DNA from: Eledone cirrhosa
Lineage: Eukaryota
DNA: 64,000 nucleotides
Assembly (NCBI GenBank): GCA_964016885.1
Contig: CAXHJY010000834.1
Span: forward strand, 252,025-316,024
Direction of reading: 5' to 3'
Shown: piece after piece, positions 1 to 15,000 of the stretch
How positions within the stretch are numbered: the stretch's first letter is position 1
Layout of the letters: each line of letters begins with the position of its first letter
Notes under the pieces: generated by a model
What the model was told of the DNA's origin: nothing
Seen by the model: only the letters and a program-made list of their open reading frames with translations
Databases searched by the model: none
Program-made: the position numbers and the translations under genes

Positions 1-3000
1 AGTGTGAAAAGATACCAGTACTAGGACCAAATACAGTTAGTGTGAAAAGATACCAGTACTAGGACCAAATACAGTTAGTGTGAACAGACACCAGTACTAG
101 GACCAAATACAGTTAGTGTTAACAGACACTAGTACTAGGACCAAATACAGTTAGTGTGAAAAGACACCAGTACTAGGACCAAATACAGTTAGTGTGAACA
201 GACACCAGTACTAGGACCAAATACAGTTAGTGTGAACAAACACCAGTACTAGGACCAAATACAGTTAGTGTGAAAAGATACCAGTACTAGGACCAAATAC
301 AGTTAGTGTGAAAAGATACCAGTACTAGGACCAAATACAGTTAGTGTGAAAAGACACCAGTACTAGGACCAAATACAGTTAGTGTGAAAAGATACCAGTA
401 CTAGGACCAAATACAGTTAGTGTGAAAAGATACCAGTACTAGGACCAAATACAGTTAGTGTGAAAAGATACCAGTACTAGGACCAAATACAGTTAGTGTG
501 AAAAGATACCAGTACTAGGACCAAATACAGTTAGTGTGAAAAGATACCAGTACTAGGACCAAATACAGTTAGTGTGAAAAGATACCAGTACTAGGACCAA
601 ATACAGTTAGTGTGAACAGACACCAGTACTAGGACCAAATACAGTTAGTGTTAACAGACACTAGTACTAGGACCAAATACAGTTAGTGTGAAAAGACACC
701 AGTACTAGGACCAAATACAGTTAGTGTGAAAAGATACCAGTACTAGGACCAAATACAGTTAGTGTTAACAGACACTAGTACTAGGACCAAATACAGTTAG
801 TGTTAACAGACACTAGTACTAGGACCAAATACAGTTAGTGTGAAAAGACACCAGTACTAGGACCAAATACAGTTAGTGTGAACAGACACAGTACTAGGAC
901 CAAATACAGTTAGTGTTAACAGACACTAGTACTAGGACCAAATACAGTTAGTGTGAAAAGACACCAGTACTAGGACCAAATACAGTTAGTGTGAACAGAC
1001 ACCAGTACTATGACCAAATACAGTTAGTGTGAACAAACACCAGTACTAGGACCAAATACAGTTAGTGTGAAAAGATACCAGTACTAGGACCAAATACAGT
1101 TAGTGTGAAAAGATACCAGTACTAGGACCAAATACAGTTAGTGTGAAAAGATACCAGTACTAGGACCAAATACAGCTAGTGTGAAAAGACACCAGTACTA
1201 GGACCAAATACAGTTAGTGTGAAAAGACATCAGTACTAGGACCAAATACAGTTAGTGTGAAAAGACACCAGTACTAGGACCAAATACAGTTAGTGTGAAA
1301 AGATACCAGTACAAGGACCAAATACAGTTAGTGTGAAAAGACATCAGTACTAGGACCAAATACAGTTAGTGTGAAAAGATACCAGTACTAGAACCAAATA
1401 CAGTTAGTGTGAAAAGATACCAGTACTAGGACCAAATACAGTTAGTGTGAAAAGATACCAGTACTAGGACCAAATACAGTTAGTATGAAAAGATACCAGT
1501 ACTAGGACCAAATACAGTTAGTGTGAAAAGATACCAGTACTAGGACCAAATACAGTTAGTGTGAACAGACACCAGTACTAGGACCAAATACAGTTAGTGT
1601 TAACAGACACTAGTACTAGGACCAAATACAGTTAGTGTGAAAAGACACCAGTACTAGGACCAAATACAGTTAGTGTGAAAAGATACCAGTACTAGGACCA
1701 AATACAGTTAGTGTGAAAAGATACCAGTACTAGGACCAAATACAGTTAGTGTGAAAAGATACCAGTACTAGGACCAAATACAGTTAGTGTGAAAAGATAC
1801 CAGTACTAGGACCAAATACAGTTAGTGTGAACAGACACCAGTACTAGGACCAAATACAGTTAGTGTTAACAGACACTAGTACTAGGACCAAATACAGTTA
1901 GTGTGAAAAGACACCAGTACTAGGACCAAATACAGTTAGTGTGAACAGACACCAGTACTAGGACCAAATACAGTTAGTGTGAACAAACACCAGTACTAGG
2001 ACCAAATACAGTTAGTGTGAAAAGATACCAGTACTAGGACCAAATACAGTTAGTGTGAAAAGATACCAGTACTAGGACCAAATACAGTTAGTGTGAAAAG
2101 ACACCAGTACTAGGACCAAATACAGTTAGTGTGAAAAGATACCAGTACTAGGACCAAATACAGTTAGTGTGAAAAGATACCAGTACTAGGACCAAATACA
2201 GTTAGTGTGAAAAGATACCAGTACTAGGACCAAATACAGCTTGTGTGAAAAGACACCAGTACTAGGACCAAATACAGTTAGTGTGAAAAGATACCAGTAC
2301 TAGGACCAAATACAGCTAGTGTGAAAAGACACCAGTACTAGGACCAAATACAGTTAGTGTGAAAAGATACCAGTACTAGGACCAAATACAGTTAGTGTGA
2401 ACAGACACCAGTACTAGGACCAAATACAGTTAGTGTGAAAAGACACCAGTACTAGGACCAAATACAGTTAGTGTGAACAAACACCAGTACTAGGACCAAA
2501 TACAGCTAGTGTGAAAAGACACCAGTACTAGGACCAAATACTGTTAGTGTGAAAAGATACCAGTACTAGGACCAAATACAGTTAGTGTGAACAGACACCA
2601 GTACTAGGACCAAATACAGTTAGTGTGAAAAGACACCAGTACTAGGACCAAATACAGTTAGTGTGAACAGACACCAGTACTAGGACCAAATACAGTTAGT
2701 GTGAAAAGACACCAGTACTAGGACCAAATACAGTTAGTGTGAACAGACACCAGTACTAGGACCAAATACAGTTAGTGTGAAAAGATACCAGTACTAGGAA
2801 CAAATACAGTTAGTTTGAACAGACACCAGTACTAGGACCAAATACAGTTAGTGTGAAAAGACACCAGTACTAGGACCAAATACAGTTAGTGTGAACAGAC
2901 ACCAGTACTAGGCCCAAATACAGTTAGTGTGAACAGATACCAGTACTAGGACCAAATACAGTTAGTGTGAACAGACACCAGTACTAGGACCAAATACAGT

Positions 3001-6000
3001 TAGTGTGAAAAGATACCAGTACAAGGACCAAATACAGTTAGTGTGAAAAGATACCAGTACTAGGACCAAATACAGTTAGTGTGAAATGATACCAGTACTA
3101 GGACCAAATACAGTTAGTGTGAAAAGACACCAGTACTAGGACCAAATACAGTTAGTGTGAACAGACACCAGTACTAGGACCAAATACTGTTAGTGTGAAA
3201 AGATACCAGTACTAGGACCAAATACAGTTAGTGTGAAAAGATACCAGTACTAGAACCAAATACAGTTAGTGTGAAAAGACACCAGTACTAGGACCAAATA
3301 CAGTTAGTGTGAACAGACACCAGTACTAGGACCAAATACAGTTAGTGTGAAAAGACACCAGTACTAGGACCAAATACAGTTAGTGTGAAAAGATACCTGT
3401 ACTAGGACCAAATACAGTTAGTGTGAAAAGATACCAGTACTAGGACCAAATACAGTTAGTGTGAAAAGACACCAGTACTAGGACCAAATACAGTTAGTGT
3501 GAAAAGATACCAGTACTAGGACCAAATACAGTTAGTGTGAAAAGATACCAGTACTAGGACCAAATACAGTTAGTGTGAAAAGATACCAGTACTAGGACCA
3601 AATACAGTTAGTGTGAAAAGACACCAGTACTAGGACCAAATACAGTTAGTGTGAAAAGATACCAGTACTAGGACCAAATACAGTTAGTGTGAACAGATAC
3701 CAGTACTAGGACCAAATACAGTTAGTGTGAAAAGACACCAGTACTAGGACCAAATACAGTTAGTGTGAACAGACACCAGTACTAGAACCAAATACAGTTA
3801 GTGTGAAAAGACACCAGTACTAGGAACAAATACAGTTAGTGTGAACAGATACCAGTAGTAGGACCAAATACAGTTAGTGTGAAAAGACACCAGTACTAGG
3901 ACCAAATACAGTTAGTGTGAAAAGATACCAGTACTAGGACCAAATACAGTTAGTGTGAAAAGACACCAGTACTAGGACCAAATACAGTTAGTGTGAAAAG
4001 ATACCAGTACTAGGACCAAATACAGTTAGTGTGAAAAGATACCAGTACTAGGACCAAATACAGTTAGTGTGAACAGATACCAGTAGTAGGACCAAATACA
4101 GTTAGTGTGAAAAGATACCAGTACAAGGACCAAATACAGTTAGTGTGAAAAGACATCAGTACTAGGACCAAATACAGTTAGTGTGAAAAGATACCAGTAC
4201 TAGGACCAAATACAGTTAGTGTGAACAGATACCAGTAGTAGGACCAAATACAGCTAGTGTGAAAAGATACCAGTACTAGGACCAAATACAATTAGTGTGA
4301 AAAGACATCAGTACTAGGACCAAATACAGTTAGTGTGAAAAGACACCAGTACTAGGACCAAATACAGTTAGTGTGAACAGATACCAGTACTAGGACCAAA
4401 TACAGTTAGTGTGAAATGATACCAGTACTAGGACCAAATACAGTTAGTGTGAAAAGACACCAGTACTAGGACCAAATACAGTTAGTGTGAACAGACACCA
4501 GTACTAGGACCAAATACTGTTAGTGTGAAAAGATACCAGTACTAGGACCAAATACAGTTAGTGTGAAAAGATACCAGTACTAGAACCAAATACAGTTAGT
4601 GTGAAAAGACACCAGTACTAGGACCAAATACAGTTAGTGTGAACAGACACCAGTACTAGGACCAAATACAGTTAGTGTGAAAAGATACCAGTACTAGGAC
4701 CAAATACAGTTAGTGTGAAAAGACATCAGTACTAGGACCAAATACTGTTAGTGTGAAAAGATACCAGTACTAGGACCAAATACAGTTAGTGTAAAAAGAC
4801 ACAAGTACTAGGACCAAATACAGTTAGTGTGAAAAGATACCAGTACTAGGACCGAATACAGTTAGTGTGAAAAGACATCAGTACTAGGACCAAATACTGT
4901 TAGTGTGAAAAGATACCAGTACTAGGACCAAATACAGTTAGTGTAAAAAAACACAAGTACTAGGACCAAATACAGTTAGTGTGAAAAGATACCAGTACTA
5001 GGACCAAATACAGTTAGTGTGAAAAGACATCAGTACTAGGACCAAATACTGTTAGTGTGAAAAGATACCAGTACTAGGACCAAATACAGTTAGTGTGAAA
5101 AGACACCAGTACTAGGACCAAATACTGTTAGTGTGAAAAGATACCAGTACTAGGACCAAATACAGTTAGTGTAAAAAGATACCAGTACTAAGACTAAATA
5201 CAGTTAGTGTGAAATGATACCAGTACTAGGACCAAATACAGTTAGTGTGAACAGACACCAGTACTAGGACCAAATACAGTTAGTGTGAAAAGACACCAGT
5301 ACTAGGACCAAATACAGTTAGTGTGAAAAGACATCAGTACTAGGACCAAATACTGTTAGTGTGAAAAGATACCAGTACTAGAACCAAATACAGTTAGTGT
5401 GAAAAGACACAAGTACTAGGACCAAATACAGTTAGTGTGAAAAGATACCAGTACTAGGACCAAATACAGTTAGTGTGAAAAGATACCAGTACTAGAACCA
5501 AATACAGTTAGTGTGAAAAGACACAAGTACTAGGACCAAATACAGTTAGTGTGAAAAGATACCAGTACTAGGACCAAATACAGTTAGTGTGAAAAGACAC
5601 CAGTACTAGGACCAAATACAGTTAGTGTAAAAAGATACCAGTACTAGGACCAAATACAGTTAGTGTGAAGAGATACCAGTACTAGGACCAAATACAGTTA
5701 GTGTGAAAAGATACCAGTACTAGGACCAAATACAGTTAGTGTGAACAGATACCAGTACTAGGACCAAATACAGTTAGTGTGAAAAGATACCAGTACTAGG
5801 ACCAAATACAGTTAGTGTGAAAAGATACCAGTACTAGAACCAAATACAGTTAGTGTGAAAAGATACCAGTACTAGGACCAATTACAGTTAGTGTGAAAAG
5901 ATACCAGTACTAGGACCAAATACAGTTAGTGCGAAAAGATACCAGTACTAGGACCAAATACAGTTAGTGTAAACAGACACCAGTACTAGGACCAAATACA

Positions 6001-9000
6001 GTTAGTGTGAAAAGATACCAGTACTAGGACCAAATACAGTTAGTCTGAAAAGATACCAGTTCTAGGACCAAGTACAGTTAGTGTGAAAAGATACCAGTAC
6101 TAGGACCAAATACAGTTAGTGTGAAAAGATACCAGTACAAGGACCAAATACAGTTACTGTGAACAGACACCAGTACTAGGACCAAATACAGTTAGTGTGA
6201 AAAGACACCAGTACTAGGACCAAATACAGTTAGTGTGAAAAGACATCAGTACTAGGACCAAATACTGTTAGTGTGAAAAGATACCAGTACTAGAACCAAA
6301 TACAGTTAGTGTGAAAAGACACAAGTACTAGGACCAAATACAGTTAGTGTGAAAAGATACCAGTACTAGGACCAAATACAGTTAGTGTGAAAAGATACCA
6401 GTACTAGAACCAAATACAGTTAGTGTGAAAAGACACCAGTACTAGGACCAAATACAGTTAGTGTGAAAAGATACCAGTACTAGGACCAAATACAGTTAGT
6501 GTGAAAAGACACCAGTACTAGGACCAAATACAGTTAGTGTAAAAAGATACCAGTACTAGGACCAAATACAGTTAGTGTGAAGAGATACCAGTACTAGGAC
6601 CAAATACAGTTAGTGTGAAAAGATACCAGTACTAGGACCAAATACAGTTAGTGTGAACAGATACCAGTACTAGGACCAAATACAGTTAGTGTGAAAAGAT
6701 ACCAGTACTAGGACCAAATACAGTTAGTGTTAAAAGATACCAGTACTAGGACCAAATACAGTTAGTGTGAAAAGATACCAGTACTAGGACCAAGTACAGT
6801 TAGTGTGAAAAGATACCAGTACTAGGACCAAATACAGTTAGTGCGAAAAGATACCAGTACTAGGACCAAATACAGTTAGTGTAAACAGACACCAGTACTA
6901 GGACCAAATACAGTTAGTGTGAAAAGATACCAGTACTAGGACCAAATACAGTTAGTCTGAAATGATACCAGTACTAGGACCAAGTACAGTTAGTGTGAAA
7001 AGATACCAGTACTAGGACCAAATACAGTTAGTGTGAAAAGATACCAGTACAAGGACCAAATACAATTAGTGTGAACAGACACCAGTACTAGGACCAAATA
7101 CAGTTAGTGTGAAAAGATACCAGTACAAGGACCAAATACAGTTAGTGTGAAAAGACACCAGTACTAGGACCAAATACAGTTAGTGTGAAAAGATACCAGT
7201 ACTAGGACCAAATACAGTTAGTGTGAAAAGATACCAGTACTAGGACCAAATACAGTTAGTGTAAACAGACACCAGTACTAGGACCAAATACAGTTAGTGT
7301 GAAAAGATACCAGTACTAGGACGAAATACAGTTAGTCTGAAAAGATACCAGTACTAGGACCAAGTACAGTTAGTGTGAAAAGATACCAGTACTAGGACCA
7401 AATACAGTTAGTGTGAAAAGATACCAGTACAAGGACCAAATACAGTTAGTGTGAACAGACACCAGTACTAGGACCAAATACAGTTAGTGTGAAAAGATAC
7501 CAGTACAAGGACCAAATACAGTTAGTGTGAAAAGACACCAGTACTAGGACCAAATACAGTTAGTGTGAAAAGATACCAGTACTAGGACCAAATACAGTTA
7601 GTGTGAAAAGATACCAGTACTAGGACCAAATACAGTTAGTGTAAACAGACACCAGTACTAGGACCAAATACAGTTAGTGTGAAAAGATACCAGTACTAGG
7701 ACCAAATACAGTTAGTCTGAAAAGATACCAGTACTAGGACCAAGTACAGTTAGTGTGAAAAGATACCAGTACTAGGACCAAATACAGTTAGTGTGAAAAG
7801 ATACCAGTACAAGGACCAAATACAGTTAGTGTGAACAGACACCAGTACTAGGACCAAATACAGTTAGTGTGAAAAGATACCAGTACTAGGACCAAATACA
7901 GTTAGTGTGAATAGATACCAGTACTAGGACCAAATACAGTTAGTGTGAAAAGACACCAGTACTAGGGCCAAATACAGTTAGTGTGAAAAGACACCAGTAC
8001 TAGGACCAAATACAGTTAGTGTGAAAAGACACCAGTACTAGGACCAAATACAGTTAGTGTGAAAAGATACCAGTACTAGGACCAAATACAGTTAGTGTGA
8101 AAAGATACCAGTACTAGGACCAAATACAGTTAGTGTGAACAGACACTAGTACTAGGACCAAATACAGTTAGTGTGAAAAGACACCAGTACTAGGACCAAA
8201 TACAGTTAGTGTGAACAGACACCAGTACTAGGACCAAATACAGTTAGTGTTAACAGACACTAGTACTAGGACCAAATACAGTTAGTGTGAAAAGACACCA
8301 GTACTAGGACCAAATACAGTTAGTGTGAACAGACACCAGTACTAGGACCAAATACAGTTAGTGTGAACAAACACCAGTACTAGGACCAAATACAGTTAGT
8401 GTGAAAAGACACCAGTACTAGGCCCAAATACAGCTAGTGTGAAAAGATACCAGTACTAGGACCAAAGACAGTTAGTGTGAACAGATACCAGTACTAGGAA
8501 CAAATACAGTTAGTGTGAACAGACACCAGTACTAGGACCAAATACAGTTAGTGTGAAAAGATACCAGTACTAGGACCAAATACAGTTAGTGTGAAAAGAT
8601 ACCAGTACTAGGACCAAATACAGTTAGTGTGAAAAGATACCAGTACTAGGACCAAATACAGTTAGTGTGAAAAGATACCAGTACTAGGACCAAATACAGT
8701 TAGTGTGAAAAGATACCAGTACTAGGACCAAATACAGTTAGTGTGAAAAGATACCAGTACTAGGACCAAATACAGTTAGTGTGAAAAGATACCAGTACTA
8801 GGACCAAATACAGTTAGTGTGAAAAGATACCACTACTAGGACCAAATACAGTTAGTGTGAAAAGACACCAGTACTAGGACGAAATACAGTTAGTGTGAAA
8901 AGACATCAGTACTAGAACCAAATACAGTTAGTGTGAAAAGACACCAGTACTAGGACCAAATACAGTTAGTGTGAAAAGATACCAGTACTAGGACCAAATA

Positions 9001-12000
9001 CAGTTAGTGTGAAAAGATACCAGTACTAGGACCAAATACAGTTAGTGTGAAAAGATACCAGTACTAGGACGAAATACAGTTAGTGTGAAAAGACATCAGT
9101 ACTAGAACCAAATACAGTTAGTGTGAAAAGACACCAGTACTAGGACCAAATACAGTTAGTGTGAAAAGATACCAGTACTAGGACCAAATACAGTTAGTGT
9201 GAAAAGATACCAGTACTAGGACCAAATACAGTTAGTGTGAAAAGATACCAGTACTAGGACCAAATACAGTTAGTGTGAAAAGATACCAGTACTAGGACCA
9301 AATACAGTTAGTGTGAAAAGATACCAGTACTAGGACCAAATACAGTTAGTGTGAAAAGATACCAGTACTAGGACGAAATACAGTTAGTGTGAAAAGACAT
9401 CAGTACTAGAACCAAATACAGTTAGTGTGAAAAGACACCAGTACTAGGACCAAATACAGTTAGTGTGAAAAGACACCAGTACTAGGACGAAATACAGTTA
9501 GTGTGAAAAGACATCAGTACTAGAACCAAATACAGTTAGTGTGAAAAGACACCAGTACTAGGACCAAATACAGTTAGTGTGAAAAGATACCAGTACTAGG
9601 ACCAAATACAGTTAGTGTGAAAAGATACCAGTACTAGGACCAAATACAGTTAGTGTGAAAAGATACCAGTACTAGGACCAAATACAGTTAGTGTGAAAAG
9701 ATACCAGTACTAGGACCAAATACAGTTAGTGTGAAAAGATACCACTACTAGGACCAAATACAGTTAGTGTGAAAAGACACCAGTACTAGGACGAAATACA
9801 GTTAGTGTGAAAAGACATCAGTACTAGAACCAAATGCAGTTAGTGTGAAAAAACACCAGTACTAGGACCAAATACAGTTAGTGTGAAAAGATACCAGTAC
9901 TAGGACCAAATACAGTTAGTGTGAAAAGATACCAGTACTAGAACCAAATACAGTTAGTGTGAAAAGATACCAGTACTAGGACCAAATACAGTTAGTGTGA
10001 AAAGATACCAGTACTAGGACCAAATACAGTTAGTGTGAAAAGATACCACTACTAGGACCAAATACAGTTAGTGTGAAAAGACACCAGTACTAGGACGAAA
10101 TACAGTTAGTGTCAAAAGACATCAGTACTAGAACCAAATACAGTTAGTGTGAAAAGACACCAGTACTAGGACCAAATACAGTTAGTGTGAAAAGATACCA
10201 GTACTAGGACCAAATACAGTTAGTGTGAAAAGATACCAGTACTAGGACCAAATACAGTTAGTGTGAAAAGATACCAGTACTAGGACCAAATACAGTTAGT
10301 GTGAAAAGATACCAGTACTAGGACCAAATACAGTTAGTGTGAAAAGATACCACTACTAGGACCAAATACAGTTAGTGTGAAAAGACACCAGTACTAGGAC
10401 GAAATACAGTTAGTGTGAAAAGACATCAGTACTAGAACCAAATACAGTTAGTGTGAAAAGACACCAGTACTAGGACCAAATACAGTTAGTGTGAAAAGAT
10501 ACCAGTACTAGGACCAAATACAGTTAGTGTGAAAAGATACCAGTACTAGGACCAAATACAGTTAGTGTGAAAAGATACCAGTACTAGGACCAAATACAGT
10601 TAGTGTGAAAAGATACCAGTACTAGGACCAAATACAGTTAGTGTGAAAAGATACCACTACTAGGACCAAATACAGTTAGTATGAAAAGACACCAGTACTA
10701 GGACGAAATACAGTTAGTGTGAAAAGACATCAGTACTAGAACCAAATACAGTTAGTGTGAAAAGACACCAGTACTAGGACCAAATACAGTTAGTGTGAAA
10801 AGATACCAGTACTAGGACCAAATACAGTTAGTCTGAATAGATACCAGTACTAGGACCAAATACAGTTAGTCTGAAAAGATACTAGTACTAGGACCAAATA
10901 CAGTTAGTGTGAAAAGATACCAGTACTAGGACCAAATACAGTTAGTGTGAAAAGATACCAGTACTAGGACCAAATACAGTTAGTGTGAAAAGATACCAGT
11001 ACTAGGACCAAATACAGTTAGTGTGAAAAGATACCAGTACTAGGACCAAATACAGTTAGTGTGAAAAGATACCAGTACTAGGACCAAATACAGTTAGTGT
11101 GAAAAGATACCAGTACTAGGACCAAATACAGTTAGTGTGAAAAGATACCAGTACTAGGACCAAATACAGTTAGTGTGAACAGACACCAGTACTAGGACCA
11201 AATACAGTTAGTGTGAAAAGATACCAGTACTAGGACCAAATACAGTTAGTGTGAAAAGATACCAGTACTAGGCCCAAATACAGCTAGTGTGAAAAGATAC
11301 CAGTACTAGGACCAAAGACAGTTAGTGTGAAAAGACACCAGTACTAGGACCAAATACAGTTAGTGTGAAAAGACACCAGTACTAGAACCAAATACAGTTA
11401 GTGTGAAAAGACACCAGTACTAGGACCAAATACAGTTAGCGTGAACAGACACCAGTACTAGGCCCAAATACAGCTAGTGTGAAAAGATACCAGTACTAGG
11501 ACCAAAGACAGTTAGTGTGAACAGATACCAGTACTAGGACCAAATACAGTTAGTGTGAAAAGATACCAGTACTAGGACCAAATACAGTTAGTGTGAAAAG
11601 ATACCACTACTAGGACCAAATACAGTTAGTGTGAAAAGATACCAGTACTAGGCCCAAATACAGCTAGTGTGAAAAGATACCAGTACTAGGACCAAAGACA
11701 GTTAGTGTGAAAAGATACCAGTACTAGGACCAAAGACAGTTAGTGTGAAAAGACACCAGTACTAGGACCAAATACAGTTAGTGTGAAAAGACACCAGTAC
11801 TAGAACCAAATACAGTTAGTGTGAAAAGACACCAGTACTAGGACCAAATACAGTTAGCGTGAACAGACACCAGTACTAGGCCCAAATACAGCTAGTGTGA
11901 AAAGATACCAGTACTAGGACCAAAGACAGTTAGTGTGAACAGATACCAGTACTAGGACCAAATACAGTTAGTGTGAAAAGATACCAGTACTAGGACCAAA

Positions 12001-15000
12001 TACAGTTAGTGTGAAAAGATACCACTACTAGGACCAAATACAGTTAGTGTGAAAAGATACCAGTACTAGGACCAAATACAGTTAGTGTGAAAAGATACCA
12101 GTACTAGGACCAAATACAGTTAGTGTGAAAAGATACAAGTACTAGGACCAAATACAGTTAGTGTGAACAGACACCAGTACTAGGACCAAATACAGTTAGT
12201 GTGAAAAGATACCAGTACTAGGACCAAATACAGTTAGTGTGAAAAGACACCAGTACTAGGCCCAAATACAGCTAGTGTGAAAAGATACCAGTACTAGGAC
12301 CAAAGACAGTTAGTGTGAACAGATACCAGTACTAGGAACAAATACAGTTAGTGTGAACAGACACCAGTACTAGGACCAAATACAGTTAGTGTGAAAAGAT
12401 ACCAGTACTAGGACCAAATACAGTTAGTGTGAAAAGATACCAGTACTAGGACCAAATACAGTTAGTGTGAAAAGATACCACTACTAGGACCAAATACAGT
12501 TAGTGTGAAAAGACACCAGTACTAGGACGAAATACAGTTAGTGTGAAAAGACATCAGTACTAGAACCAAATACAGTTAGTGTGAAAAGATACCAGTACTA
12601 GGACCAAATACAGTTAGTGTGAAAAGATACCAGTACTAGGACCAAATACAGTTAGTGTGAAAAGATACCAGTACTAGGACCAAATACAGTTAGTGTGAAA
12701 AGATACCAGTACTAGGACCAAATACAGTTAGTCTGAATAGATACCAGTACTAGGACCAAATACAGTTAGTCTGAAAAGATACTAGTACTAGGACCAAATA
12801 CAGTTAGTGTGAAAAGATACGAGTACTAGGACCAAATACAGTTAGTGTTAAAAGATACCAGTACTAGGACCAAATACAGTTAGTGTGAAAAGATACCAGT
12901 ACTAGGACCAAATACAGTTAGTCTGAATAGATACCAGTACTAGGACCAAATACAGTTAGTGTGAAAAGATACGAGTACTAGGACCAAATACAGTTAGTGT
13001 GAAAAGATACCAGTACTAGGACCAAATACAGTTAGTGTGAAAAGATACCAGTACTAGGACCAAATACTGTTAGTGTGAAAAGATACCAGTACTAGGACCA
13101 AATACAGTTAGTGTGAAAAGATACCAGTACTAGGACCAAATACAGTTAGTCTGAATAGATACCAGTACTAGGACCAAATACAGTTAGTCTGAAAAGATAC
13201 CAGTACTAGGACCAAATACAGTTAGTGTGAACAGATACCAGTACTAGGACCAAATACAGTTAGTGTGAAAAGACACCAGTACTAAAACCAAATACAGTTA
13301 GTTTGAAAAGACACCAGTACTAGAACCAAATACAGTTAGTGTGAAAAGATACCAGTACTAGGACCAAATACAGTTAGTGTGAAAAGACACCAGTACTAGA
13401 ACCAAATACAGTTAGTGTGAAAAGACACCAGTACTAGGACCAAATACAGTTAGTGTGAAAAGACACCAGTACTAGAACCAAATACAGTTAGTGTGAAAAG
13501 ACACCAGTACTAGGACCAAATACAGTTAGTGTGAAAAGATACCAGTAGAAGGACCAAATACAGTTAGTGTGAAAAGACACCAGTACTAGGACCAAATACA
13601 GTTAGTGTGAAAAGACACCAGTACTAGAACCAAATACAGTTAGTGTGAAAAGACACCGGTACTAGGACCAAATACAGTTAGTGTGAAAAGATACCAGTAG
13701 AAGGACCAAATACAATTAGTGTGAAAAGACACCAGTACTAAGACCAAATACAGTTAGTGTGAAAAGACACCAGTACTAGAACCAAATACAGTTAGTGTGA
13801 AAAGACACCAGTACTAGGACCAAATACAGTTAGTGTGAAAAGATACCAGTACTAGGACCAAATACAGTTAGTGTGAAAAGATACCAGTACTAGGACCAAA
13901 TACAGTTAGTGTGAAAAGATACCACTACTAGGACCAAATACAGTTAGTGTGAAAAGACACCAGTACTAGGACGAAATACAGTTAGTGTGAAAAGACATCA
14001 GTACTAGAACCAAATACAGTTAGTGTGAAAAGATACCAGTACTAGGACCAAATACAGTTAGTGTGAAAAGATACCAGTACTAGGACCAAATACAGTTAGT
14101 GTGAAAAGATACCAGTACTAGGACCAAATACAGTTAGTGTGAAAAGATACCAGTACTAGGACCAAATACAGTTAGTCTGAATAGATACCAGTACTAGGAC
14201 CAAATACAGTTAGTCTGAAAAGATACTAGTACTAGGACCAAATACAGTTAGTGTGAAAAGATACCAGTACTAGGACCAAATACAGTTAGTGTGAAAAGAT
14301 ACCAGTACTAGGACCAAATACAGTTAGTGTGAAAAGATACCAGTACTAGGACTAAATACAGTTAGTGTGAAAAGATACCAGTACTAGGACCAAATACAGT
14401 TAGTGTGAAAAGATACCAGTACTAGGACCAAATACAGTTAGTGTGAAAAGATACCAGTACTAGGACCAAATACAGTTAGTGTGAAAAGAAACCACTACTA
14501 GGACCAAATACAGTTAGTGTGAAAAGACACCAGTACTAGGACGAAATACAGTTAGTGTGAAAAGACATCAGTACTAGAACCAAATACAGTTAGTGTGAAA
14601 AGATACCAGTACTAGGACCAAATACAGTTAGTGTGAAAAGATACCAGTACTAGGACCAAATACAGTTAGTGTGAAAAGATACCAGTACTAGGACCAAATA
14701 CAGTTAGTGTGAAAAGATACCAGTACTAGGACCAAATACAGTTAGTCTGAATAGATACCAGTACTAGGACCAAATACAGTTAGTCTGAAAAGATACTAGT
14801 ACTAGGACCAAATACAGTTAGTGTGAAAAGATACCAGTACTAGGACCAAATACAGTTAGTGTGAAAAGATACCAGTACTAGGACCAAATACAGTTAGTGT
14901 GAAAAGATACCAGTACTAGGACTAAATACAGTTAGTGTGAAAAGATACCAGTACTAGGACCAAATACAGTTAGTGTGAAAAGATACCAGTACTAGGACCA